From: Girardia tigrina
Taxonomy: Eukaryota
Direction: 5' to 3'
Assembly (NCBI GenBank): GCA_001938485.1
Contig: MQRK01204239.1
Coordinates: forward strand, 5,912 to 63,507
Length of the DNA: 57,596 nt
The notes below the pieces were generated by a model. That model ran no database searches. It was not told the origin of the DNA and worked only from the letters and a program-made list of their open reading frames with translations. Below, in pieces: positions 1 to 11,613 of the stretch (the stretch's first letter is position 1; every line of letters starts with the position of its first letter). The position numbers and the translations under genes were made by a program.

Positions 1-173
1 TTAAAAAATTTAATGTATTGATTTTTGTACTTTTACACATGTGCAACTTAAAAAGCACTGTGCTAGCACATTAGAAATGTGTGGCAAAATGTGCACTATC
101 GATTAGCACTTTTAAAATACTCCTTAGCACATGTGGACACTGTGCAGTGATCGATAAGCACTTTTTCTACGGT

Positions 174-730
174 CCTTAGTTACGGGGTGACGGTTGCTAT
201 GGATACGGGAACCGTAACCATGGTTACAACCGCCTTGGATCACGGTATCCGTTGCTAGTGAAAAACGTTCCTTGGTTACCGTCACCAAGTGAACGGGAAC
301 CGTTGCTATGGTAGCCGTGACCGTTGCTAAGGTGATCGCGACCGTTGTCATGGTAACCGCGACCGTTTCTAGAGTGATCGCGACCGTTGCCATAGTAACA
401 GCGACTGTTGCCATGGTAACCGCGACCGTTGCTAAGGCGATCGCGACCGTTGCTAGGGAACCGGGAACCAATCAGAAGCGTTTCTAAGGTGATCGCGACC
501 GTTGCTAGGGAACCGGGAACCAATCAGAAGCGTTTCTAAGGTATTCGCGACCGTTGCTAGGGAACCGGGAACCAATCAGAAGCGTTTCTAAGGTGAATGC
601 GCCGTTGCCATGGTAACCGCGACAGTTGCCATGGTAACCGTAACCGGTGCCATGGTAACCGTGCGCGATAACTGCTTACGTTTCCATGGCAACCACGGTA
701 ACTAAGGGCGACCCCCCGGGGGTCTTGTTT
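174..730. repeat. Tandem array of 21-bp and 52-bp units of GTTGCCATGGTAAC-like palindromes, bracketed by inverted repeats; putative Helentron/HINE-like element end
   Basis: Palindrome-like units start at 302,323,344,365,386,407,428,449 (21-bp period), then a 52-bp unit at 449/501/553, then 604/625/646. CCTTAGTTAC (~174) and GTAACTAAGG (~698) are perfect inverted repeats. A terminal palindrome GACCCCCCGGGGGTC is followed by TTGTTT. ORFs 124..471 and 224..523 are repeat translations. Confidence 0.75.
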
Positions 731-1030
731 CGAACATAAATTTTCCCCTACTTCAAATCAGCGAGGACCTCGTCCATGTATCATTGAAAGGTTTTTGAGG
801 AGTTGCGGAGGCCCGGTATATTGAAAAAGGGCAAAAGGTACTGTGACGGCAGTTTTGACGATATTTGTTGGGTTGACCGGCATAAGTCGATCGTTGAGAA
901 AACGGTCGATGAAGTAATGCGGTGAAAGATGTCGGTTAAAACGTAAGCACAAAAACGTTTGTAAGTCTTTCTCTCACTGATGACTTGAAGCTCTTTGCGT
1001 GAAAGAAGGAAATTAGAGTACAAGTCTTGG
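731..1030 (-). mobile_element. Degenerate Gypsy/Ty3 reverse transcriptase fragment
   Basis: Frameshifted minus-strand translations give RT motifs: TVFSTIDLCRSTQQI, KTAVTVPFALFQY, PGLRNSSKTFQ, YMDEVLADL..KIYV (breaks off at the YxDD position). Confidence 0.75.
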
Positions 1031-1424
1031 ATAGCACCAGCAAGCAGTTATCCGCAAAACCGTTCACTTGCAAATATTTTGCTACTGGAAGCGGGTTGTA
1101 GAAAGTATTGGAGATTATTGATGACACTTCTACCAAGATAGTTGATCTATATCTTTTAAATATATATTTGAAAGTATTCAATAAGTTCGAAAATGTGTTG
1201 AGGTATGAAATTTATTATATAATAAAATTATTTTAATGATAAATTTTGTTTTAGTTAATGGATAAAATAAGATTTTATTTATCTATTTACCATATTAAAT
1301 ATAAATTATATATAAATAATAGAATTGAAATTTAACAAAAAGATAAATAAATTAAATAAAACAAAAGAATGTTAAAGATGGAAAGGAAAACATTATATTT
1401 TGAAAGAAAAATAGAAATAAATTA

Positions 1425-1898
1425 CAGGTAGTCGTCGACTTACGACCTATGCAACTTACGACCATTCGACTTTACGACCACAATCACTAGTCGCGGCGTA
1501 CGACAGTGTTTCGTCCGTATCGTGAAATTTATGAAGAAAAAAAGAAACAAACAATTCAGACAAAGCTCACAATGTTTATGAAAAAACCAACTCCGGTAAC
1601 CCCAACTGCTGCCTCAGATGACGACATCAATNNNNNNNNNNNNNNNNNNNNNNNNNNNNNNNNNNNNNNNNNNNNNNNNNNNNNNNNNNNNATTTGTATA
1701 TGTTATGTTTTGCAATTGGAAAAATGTTTCCTATTGTATTTTTTAAACCTGTATTTTGTAATTTTGTATGTTTTGCAAATATTAAACCAGTTGTACCAGT
1801 TGCACAGTACGGTACATATTGCCTACTCAACTTACGACCAAATCGTGTTACTACCAGTCTGTCGGAACAAATCATGGTCGTAAGTCGATGACTATCTG
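1425..1898 (+). mobile_element. pogo/Tigger-like non-autonomous DNA transposon
   Basis: TIRs CAGGTAGTCGTCGACTTACGACC / GGTCGTAAGTCGATGACTATCTG with TA on both sides (1423-1424, 1899-1900). Internal YREIYEEKKKQTIQTKLTMFMKK resembles a Tigger transposase C-terminus. Contains an N-gap. Confidence 0.85.
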
Positions 1899-4758
1899 TA
1901 TATTTAAAAAAAGATTATAAAAGAAGTAGATTTTAACCCAAGGGGGCACTCAAAAAATTATTTTAACAATAAAGAATTATTTTATCGTGAAAATCCAATC
2001 TGTCAAGAGATTAATAAATTATTCCTCTCGTTGGAATTCAATCTGTCAAGAGTTTCATTCCTATAAAAGGAAATAACAAATCGAAAAAAATATTCATTGA
2101 GCAAAAGGCATAAACCCAAGTATATATTAAAGTTGTATTTTTAGTACCATATCTTTATATAAGTAAAATCATTTGGAGGCAAACGAAATCTCATTTCCTC
2201 ATCCTACCCAATCTATAAAATCTCTTAAATAGAAATAAGTTATCCTTAAATTTGTAAAGAAATCTATATTGTTAATAAATATTTTATTAAAACTTCCTCG
2301 ACTTTTAATTTTCATTTTTAATTGAATATCACTCAATCAAAATTTCCTAACTTCAAATGTTGTTATTTAAATTTCAAATAGCAATTTTATTTATTTTGAA
2401 TTGAACGTGATTTAAAAATTAAAATTTCAAAAATATCTTTACTGTAAAACTCTAATATCAATTTTATTTAAATGAATGTAACGGGATTTTAAAAATACTA
2501 CTTATTTTTAAAAAATAATTATTAAATTTTAACTTAATGGGTTTCTGAAAATTTAATATAAATTTCTCTTTTTCCTATTTATTTTTTGAATTATTAATAA
2601 ATACAAATGAAGCAAAAGAAACTGAGAATTGTTGCATTGACGAATCCTTTTGTGCTATTAATAAATGTATTCACGCAAAAAATGATATTTTTTCATAGTA
2701 ATAACCGATTAAATAAATAATCATGTATTAGATTTTTTAGCAAGATGTTGAAGATGTATTTCTGCAAAGAAGTTGTCAGATGTTGGCAATGAATAATTTT
2801 CGAATAAATAAATTTCCATCAATGAATTTCAACGTCTACAAAATATCGATTGCAATTTGAAATATTTCGACAAATTTCCGTCAAAAAAACAGCAAGGACA
2901 TTTGAATTTGAGTTTTCGAATTGAATTTTTTTTAAAATTTTAATTGAATAAATGAACGGTGTAAATTAATTATTATAATTTGTGTTTAAATAGTTTAATA
3001 ATTTCGTAATTTTGTGATTCGTGGTTCTTTGTCGGCAAGTTTTGAATTTATCAACTTATTTATATTATTTTTATTTCATTGTACTATATTTTCATTGAAA
3101 TAATAACTTTGGCTAAAGTGCTGCATGTGGACTCTAGATCGTTCTGTATTTTATTGTCGATATTTAATGACATTTAATCATTCTTTTATATTATTTATAT
3201 TTTATCCTCTTTTAAATATGAAATGATAAAAGATCTCGTATCAGAAAGTCAACTCTTATGAAAATTATTGTTGAAATATGATTTTGTGTCAAAGATTCAA
3301 TATAAAGACATTTTATGGCTACTTTAAAAGCCCGACACTTCCGAAAATTGTTACTTAAAGAAATTATGCTATAGTAATTATTTTGCAAATCGAATATTAC
3401 AAAAGTTCTATACTGAAACCAGACAATCGGGCACAGAAAAAATAATAATAATATTTAGGTAGCAGTGTAAAATCAGTCATAGAAAGATAGGAACATATTG
3501 TATTGAACTATTTACAGAATAAAGTGATTTCTTTAGCTTTGATAATGATATTTTCAATAGAAAAGATTTAATACATATTTCGCATATAGATTCACACAAT
3601 CGTTTCTATTTCTTTTTAATTCAAAAGACGTTTTTAAAATTATTTTTGATACTTTAAATTTATAAATAGTCCTCTTAAATATTCAAACATTTTTGTATCA
3701 GTTTAAACCTTCTATGAACTTCAATATTGTAGAAAGATCAATTCTAAATTGAATTATCTTCTTATGACTGATTTTACATTATCACCTAAATATCATAATT
3801 AAAGTCACGAATAATTGTCACGAACCGATAATTTACAGTTATTAACGTGGTGCGTACTCTATCATATATACATATGTATATACCGGAGATTTTTGATTCC
3901 CGTTAATGAATTCAAGTAAACAGCTGTTAATTAAATTGATACGTTCTAATAATGTTCTAATATTAAAAAATATTGATATTAAGTTTTTAAAAAATCAAAT
4001 ATTGTAAGTATTGAGTATCAGTGTCTCATATTTAGGACATCCATATTACTCATGAATATCAAAGTTCCAACATGAAAGATTTTATATCTTCTCTTTGAAA
4101 GATTTTGAAATTTCATTCCAACTGAACCTTTAAATATTGAAAGATTTTTATTGGTTTTATTTTATTTTATAATTTACGAAGACAAGTTATTTTGAATCAC
4201 CTATGATCGACTGTGGTATGAGGTTAAATAACAAAAATAAAGAATTTATTAAACAGAGAAATTATTAATCAATTATTAATTATTACATCATTCGTATTCA
4301 CCAAATCAAGTACGAAAGCCCTTTTTACCATATGACATAATATTTACAATATAAAAACGCAATAGTTTATTGCACAACATTTTTAATACCGAAATTTAAA
4401 TCACTTAAAATAAGTTATTTCTTATTGAACAAATTACTTTTTTAAGTTCTAAAAAGTAAAATTTTTATAATTAAAATTGAAAAAAAATAAAATTGTTAAA
4501 AAATATCCCGTCATATCACATAATCTTTTATTAGGCAATAAAATTTTCATAAATTATAAGTCGTACTTAAAACCAGGGCCTGTAAGAGCCACTTGGAGGC
4601 CCAGGTCAGGTAATATATGTGGTCCTCTATATTCAGAAAAAAAATATTTAAATAAAATTTGTTCGTTTTATTGATAAAAAATTTATTTACAAAAATACTT
4701 AAAATAAAAATATGATTCAAAATATCAAAACACGAAAACTAAATCTAATGAATAAAAA

Positions 4759-7526
4759 TTACAAAAGTGCTTTTAGAGCCTTTAGAGCTGCGAAAGAATT
4801 TATTAATTGGGAATAATCCGAATTTCTCGCTAAATCCAAATTAATATTCAGTGTTACCATACCATTTACACGATCCTAGGCCATTGTTGATTTCAAATAA
4901 TTTTTAATTCGTTTGAGAGCGCTTAAACTTTTCTCTGTCGTTGCTACGCTTACTGAAATGGTTAAAAATATTCTAAGGACAATAGAAATATTTGGGTAAA
5001 CGTTTACAAAACTCATTTCAATAATTTCTTTTAAAAGTTCGGACGGTTTTGTGCAGCCTTTAAAATTGGATTTATACATTCTTTTAAGAAATATAATTTC
5101 CTCAACAATTTCTTCGCTTATTTAATTTTCATATTTATTTTGTAAATTTTTTGCAACAAGAACTAGGCTCTTCTCTTCCATATCATTAAAATTCCATAAA
5201 GCTTCAAATAAGTTGCATATAGAAGAAACAGCTTTAAATCTTTCCTTAAGTCCATTTAATATTGCGTCAATAATCTCGCTAAATATGTTGTAAAATATGC
5301 TTCTGCAGATACTTGATCTTTTATTCGGCGATTTTTCGCACATTCTGCAACGATTTCATTATTTGCTGCAATTTTCTTGGACTCCGAAAGAAGCAAATTC
5401 CATCCATATTTATTTTTTTTATATCTTCAATAAGTTTGTCAATATTATATCTTTCTGTTGTCTGTGTTGTTTTCTGGGTTTGGAGAATTAGATTTATTTG
5501 ATGCTGTAGTGATCACCTTTGTAAGAAAATTTTAGATAATTAATTTTTATTTAAATATTTATACATATAAATTAAATATATTAAAATTATCTTATAAATT
5601 ATCTATAACACAAATGAAAACAATTTGTTTATTCGAATTACATTTTTGTGAAAATTTTAATTTAAAATAACTTTTCTACTTTGTCGATTTTTCAATATTT
5701 TTATGAAATTACACTCCGGAAATATCCGTTGAGTCTTTTTTGCACACAATAGATGTAATAAAACAAGAACTTTCATCCAAATTGTACACATCAAAACACA
5801 TTCAAATGATGTAAGATATTTTTTTTAAAAAATTTAATCTGAGTCTGAGCCTCAGCTGGAAGACTACGTACCTCAAATTCATTCACGACTGATAATAAGG
5901 ATTTTAATTGAAGGGCGACTTGTTTAACTGCATCTATTCTTTGCTGACCATCTGATTTTTGAAATGTTGTGTAAAGAAATTCCATGCATATGTTTTTTTA
6001 AAACCTCCCATCTTTTTGAACCGCTACTAAAAAAGTTATATAAATGCTGAATAGTGCCGAAGTATATTATTACTTCTTTACAAGATTCTGCTGCGTTAAC
6101 TTCAACAAGATTTAAAGTATGATTGCCACAGGTACTCAAAGTGCAATTTGGATTTTCGATCAAAAGAAGTGCTTGTACACCGTTATATTTTCCATACACA
6201 TTGGCCCCATTATCATATCCTTGCCCAACACAGTTTTGAAAATTCAAATTTAAATCTTTTAAGCGACACAATAAGCGAGCAGCAATTTCTCTGCCAGTTT
6301 TTTCCGAAAAATTAACAAAACATATGAAGCGTTCTGTAATTGAAAAATTCAATTCACTTAATTTAACATAACGAATAATCAAAGTTGTTTGTTCCTTATG
6401 AGACAAATCTTGAGTTGCATTAACAATAATAGAAAAATACTTAACGTTACTAATTTCATCAATAATTTTTCTTTGAACAAATAAGCCACATATGTCGATA
6501 AACTCGTTTTGAATTTTTGTTGAAAGATAATGAACTTGCAATCTATTTTTTCTTCTTGTGTTGCTCGAACTTTTGAAACTTGGTCTGATAATATCGTATT
6601 ATATTTACTTAGAAGTTCAACTAAGCCACGAAAATTTCCATTATCTGGATTCCCAATGCGCTCATTAGATGCAAAAAAAGGTAGTCCTCCTTCGGATAGA
6701 AAAAATATTATATCAAGAAAACTTTTCATAAGATTTTTCCAATATGTGGTTTCATTTTCAATTGCATTTATCAGCAAGCTGTCTAATCCACGATCAGCCA
6801 AAGCAGCTTTTTGAGCATTTTTAAAAGAAATATACATTTCCTTATGCAAAATAGAGTTTTCATGAGATGGTATCCGCTCGTTCAATTTTTTCCATCCTTT
6901 TTTAGTGTTGCATTCAAATTTATCTGTGAAATATGAAAAAGGCTTGCTGTTGTTATAAATGTAACATGGAGCACAAAAAATTGATTGCTTTTGGACACTC
7001 CAGCATATCCAGTCTCTATCACACGATTCACCATTTGTAAGTTTCCTTGAAAGTAACCGATATGGAAATCTACGGTTGGTTGCGTTTTTTGGAATATTTT
7101 TTTGGATTTCAAAACGCGTAATTTTCAAAAATGATTTGATTTGAGCGTGGTTATTTTTATCAAGCATTCCAATATCCGACAATAATAATGTGTTAGTATT
7201 CAATAGATTTACTTCATTTCCAACATCCATTACTCGATTGATTATTTTCATCTTGTAAATTCAGTGCACTAATTACATACTCTTCAATTGTGGTTACACT
7301 CAGTGCTGTCAACTGTAATTTCATCCAGCTCCTCTATTTCGCTAACTGTATCCCTTACTGAACTTTCAACTGTGAAATTTGCTTTATTACATATTGCAGA
7401 TCCTTCTGCTTGATTTGGGGAATCCTTATTGAAAATATGTGAAATTAGTTTTAATTTTTTAACAGCAACATCCATAAGTTTTTTATTTTGCCTTTTACTG
7501 GCTCCACTTTCAAATGTCCTATTCAT
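4759..7526 (-). pseudogene. hAT transposase pseudogene (frameshifted, interrupted)
   Basis: ORF pieces 7284..7526, 6379..7251, 5924..6541, 5791..5985, 5122..5343 and 4876..5079 carry TTF zinc finger (RDWICWS...IFCAPC), GNFRGLVELL, YLSTKIQNEFI, GQGYDNGAN, CGNHTLNL, SKIRW and the dimerisation motif FLTISVSVATTEKSLSALKRIKNYLKSTM. Confidence 0.9.
5505..5751. mobile_element. Probable solo LTR inserted in the hAT transposase
   Basis: Begins TGTAG and ends CAATA (degenerate ..CA), flanked by GATGC/GATGT. Removing it restores the in-frame transposase reading KVLVLLHQINLILQ. Confidence 0.6.
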
Positions 7527-8439
7527 GTTCTAATCACCGACCTTGTTTATTTTTTTTTGTAATTATTATCAATAAAATCAAAGATTAATGAAAATAAACA
7601 ACCTGTTATTTTTAGTATTTTTGAATTAAAGATTTCCAAACTAAGACTTCTATTTAAAATCGCATTTAAATAAATCAAAAAAATAAACTTTTAAATTCAA
7701 ATTTTTTTGTAAAATTTTGGCTGATCGCGGATTAAATATACGTAAAAGCTTTTTTATATGTAAAAAATTGGAATCCTCTAACAACTCAAATTTTTCAATA
7801 ATACTTTGAAATTATAACGTTTTTTAAGTTCAGTTATTTTTTGTACTTCAACCATTTATGATCATAATAACGTTTAAAACATTATTTGAATTCATAATAT
7901 ACAGAAAATGTTTTTGGAGTGAAAAAGTTGTGAAGATTTTACACCAAAGTATTATATAAACTTTTCAATCATTTTCTATAGTTTTCAATAGTGTTAATAT
8001 CTATATTTTGGAGGCCCCTTAAATTCAGAGGTTCATGCCAAACGGCCAATTGCCCCCCTCTTACAGGTCCTGCTTAAAACTAATTATATTCTTTCAACTA
8101 TCTACGAGTGGTTTACTTATATTTAGAATTTATTGTATTTTTATTTTTCAAAGGTGGTCAGAATATCATAACCTTTATCGTTAGCATTATAAGAACAAAA
8201 TATTTTCATTATAAGAATCAAAATTTCTATTATTATCACATATCCGATTTGACTTTAGAACAACTCTCTACAAAACTTTCCTCATTTGGCATCTAACTAC
8301 ATTGAAAAAAATTAGAATATATATGTTTATAAATAATTTTTCGAAATAATATTTCCTTTCGAACCAAATATTCCGCGTCCTCGTTTTGCGTGTTTGTCGA
8401 TTTCCCAAGGATATTTACTCTGTTCGATGTTCATTTTTA

Positions 8440-8722
8440 TCGAACCTTAGAGCGCAACTACCACTTGACACCCATACACCCCAAAGCTGTCGGATTGGGT
8501 CCATACCAAAACACACTTCGTCTCTCTCAGACAACTTTAGCTACTACTATGGTAGCCATTAACTAAACACATGCCACTGACACGTTCATAATCTACACCA
8601 TGTCTTTTACACTATCTACCTTCGACGTCAGTCGTGTCGATCGTCGTGGCCGACACGTGTCGGCCATTGTTCTCCTTAACTTTTCACATAAATTCACTAT
8701 AATAATCTTTAATTATTCGTCA
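8440..8722 (-). mobile_element. Degenerate LTR-retrotransposon protease-like relic (probably continues as gag-like sequence at ~10323-10960)
   Basis: Minus-strand NGRHVSATTIDT resembles the aspartic protease motif. The segment is GC-richer than its flanks and is split by the hAT derivative at 8731-10314. Confidence 0.35.
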
Positions 8723-8730
8723 CTGCAAGC

Positions 8731-10314
8731 CAGGGGTGGATTTAGGGNGGGGGGGGGGGCGATCGGGGCGTTAGCCCCGCCTAGAGAAATTAAAAATTCG
8801 TTTGTATAAATAAATAATAATTAAAGTCAATTAAATATTCCTTTGTTGGACGCAGTAATAAGTGATTTAGAAACAAGATTTCCTAAAGATGCCCATAATT
8901 CATGCGAATTACCAAAAAATATAATACACATTAATGAAGATGTAATGATATTGAAGGTGAATCATTTATGCAAAACGTATGATCCATTAATAACAAGTGG
9001 TGAGTATGACATTAAACAAACTTTCAGATATAAATATATGGAAAAAGAAATGAACATCTTTGAAAGACTAAAATATTACAGATACAGTTGAAAAAATCTT
9101 AGAAAACTGTGATGCAGAAATATATTTGTTATTAAATAAATTGCTAAAGATATTACTGACTTTTCCGATTAGTGTTGAATCAGTTGAAAGAAGCTTTTCT
9201 TGCTTGTGTCGAAATCGAGTGAGCGAAGAAAGGTTAACAGAATTAGCTCTGCCTCAAATACAGGGTTCCCAGTAGAAGAACGAATTATTTTACAAAATTT
9301 AATTAAACACGTGATAAAGGCAAACAATTATATTTACATAAATAAGCTTGCTCTTTAGAGGTGTTTAGAATGTCCTCCGTCATTGTGGCAATACTTTCGA
9401 AGACGTTGAATCCAGGAAGCTGTGGTCTTAACAAATACTTCCATATCGATGTTTTACTATGCGAGTAGTAAAGCAATTTTAAGTTCATCAACCGTCGTAA
9501 TATAGCTGCGTACTGCTTGCAAGTTTTGAAGAAGAATTCCTCAGATGCTATAGTCCATTAAATTTTGGTCGTGACTTTTTAATGGTCATTCAGAAGGCAT
9601 GATAAACTGAGGTGTCTTCTTCTCTAAAATGTTAACTATAGCCGTATCCGTATGAAGTTTTCCCCGCCTTGTTGCCAAACCAATTCTTCAACATCCCTTA
9701 CATTACTGATATCCCTAAATATGAAGGGACACATCTTATCACGATATACAGTCTGGTTGATGGTTTTCTTGTTTATTTTGAGAGTGAAGTTTTCGCTTTA
9801 TATCTGTTCCTTTCTTACTCATTTGGGCAGAGACTACATCAATATTCTTTAGTTTATTAAACACAACTTAAAAATTTTTCAGTAATATCAGTGAAAAACT
9901 AGGGAAGAACTTTCATAATCCACAAATAGGGTGTTCCCTCTTAAAAACTTACATACTTTTGAGAAATCTTTATTTCATAAATAATTTTTCAGAATCATAG
10001 TAATAGTTCTGTATCAACTTAAATAACACCCGCACTAGGAAGCAAATAGTTAATTTCTGAATAATTTGTTCCGTTTTTCATAATCTCATTAATTACAAAT
10101 AACAAGGAAATAATTGTTTTTAAAAAATATTTTGAAATAAAATTAAAAAAATATAAAATAGTACTATTATTTTAAGTAGGATTTAGTTTTATTTAAAGAT
10201 AGTTTGGTAAAAATAATTACAAGTATGCCATAGTATAATTATGCTTTTCTCATTTTCTATTTTTTTGTTTAAATCAGAATCGCCCTCCTAGAATCATAGT
10301 CTAGATCCGCCCTG
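8731..10314 (+). mobile_element. Internally deleted hAT element
   Basis: TIRs CAGGGGTGGATTTAG / CTAGATCCGCCCTG; 8-bp TSD CTGCAAGC / CGGCAAGC (7/8). Residual C-terminal transposase LDAVISDLETRF...LLKILLTFPISVESVERSFS...SEERLTELAL at ~8843-9260. Confidence 0.85.
9261..10086 (-). mobile_element. Degenerate Tc1/mariner-superfamily element nested in the hAT derivative
   Basis: Starts TA|CAGGGTTCCC. The minus strand encodes ELVWQQGG...PQFIMPSE*PLKSHDQNLMDYSI*GIL, a decayed QQDGA...WPPNSPDLNPMDYSIWG. Right end is approximate. Confidence 0.7.
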
Positions 10315-11064
10315 CGGCAAGCAGGTGCTTCACCTATAATATAGTGGGGACTCAGTATTTGTTTTCTGTCAACTTGATTCTGCACTGTTTGCACCATCTT
10401 GCTATGTAGTCTCTCTAGCCAAAACTAATGCACAAGCAATTCAGTATCGACTTTCGGGATATGGCTGTTTACTAGGTGCATAATTTCACACCGCAGCTGC
10501 AACATTTCAGTTCTGAAGCAAACGGTGGACCATATGATAACCGCAATTTCTTTAGTAGGTATACGCTCAGCTTGAATATGTACCTGAGCTAGTCGTACTA
10601 AAAACCTAAATAAAGCGCTTTTCCGGCGCATCATTCTTCACACTTTTCATAGTCTTCTTGGACAGCCCGTTGATAAAGGGCTGAGCTACAAAAGCCTCGC
10701 TACCCACTTAGTTACCGTAGATTACGGCTATCGACCGCTTAAAATAGACCATTAAAGTCTACACTTTCGGCTAGCCAAAGCCAATTGGAGTAAAAGGTCA
10801 CCTATTGGATCTTTATGTCTAAAGCGGAAGTCTTTAAAATGGCAGCGGTGTTCCTTTTAAAATTCTTCTGCGTCACTTCGTCAAGCCATTGAAATACGAT
10901 CGATATATTACCTATAAATATAAGTGGCAGCATCAGATGCTTATTTTTTGGAGCGATTCAGTGCATTCCTAAGTAGCACTCTAGACAAATCACGAAATCT
11001 TAGAATCGATTATTTACTCTGAAAATTATTAATGATTTTGATATTCAATATTCAGGAGATCAAT

Positions 11065-11613
11065 ATGGAAACAGAAAGATGGAATGATATTTGGAAAATT
11101 ATGAAGAAGAATCAATTAGAATTTGATACAATTGATAACAGTTTATTGTGCATATTTTGTGAGAAAGTACTGATAAATGCTCATAATGGACCTTGCAGTT
11201 GTCGATACTGTTTAGAATGCATTACAAATTATTTGAATGGCGACGAGAAAATTTGTCCTGGAAATACGGATTATTGTAAAAAGGAATTACTTAATATAAA
11301 TCGGAACATTCGATTTGATCCACCAATGAATATAATGATATCAAAACTAAGAGTAAAATGTAAAGCCTGTAAATTCAAAGATGAGTTGAGAAATATAGAA
11401 AATCACATGAGGATATGTAATTCTCAATTAGTAGAATGTCCATATTTGAAAATGGGTTGTAAAGAGTGTAGTTCAGATATAGAGAAACACTTGTTTAAAG
11501 ATATTGTTTCTCACACAAATATGTTATTTGAAGTGATTGCTAATTTAAAAAATGAAATAAAACTATTGAAAGAAGACAAAATTGAGTTGAAAACTGATAA
11601 CAAAGAATTAAAG
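11065..11613 (+). CDS. TRAF: TRAF first coding exon: RING + zinc fingers
   Basis: ORF 11032..11685; acceptor TTCAG at 11051-11055, ATG at 11065, donor AAG|GTATTT at 11613/11614. Motifs CKACKFKDELRNIENHMRIC and CPYLKMGC..IEKH. Confidence 0.88.

Larger units (their letters stand above)
4574..8072 (-). mobile_element. Full-length hAT transposon (ZMYM1/DUF4371-type), decayed
   Basis: 15-bp TIRs CAGGGCCTGTAAGAG / CTCTTACAGGTCCTG (14/15 match) and a perfect 8-bp TSD CTTAAAAC at 4566-4573 and 8073-8080. Confidence 0.93.

Noticed and set aside
124-523. ORFs with ATVAITL/SNGRDHL heptad repeats (antifreeze- or mucin-like)
   Set aside because: They are translations of the 21-bp DNA repeat, open in several frames, with no splice or start context.
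302-660. CRISPR-like array
   Set aside because: Units are contiguous with no unique spacers; eukaryotic context and no cas genes.
6379-7251. Domesticated ZMYM1-like host gene
   Set aside because: It lies within TIRs/TSD and is frameshifted, so it is a dead transposase.
8648-8666. Perfect palindrome GGCCGACACGTGTCGGCC
   Set aside because: Single occurrence inside a retroelement relic with no supporting context.
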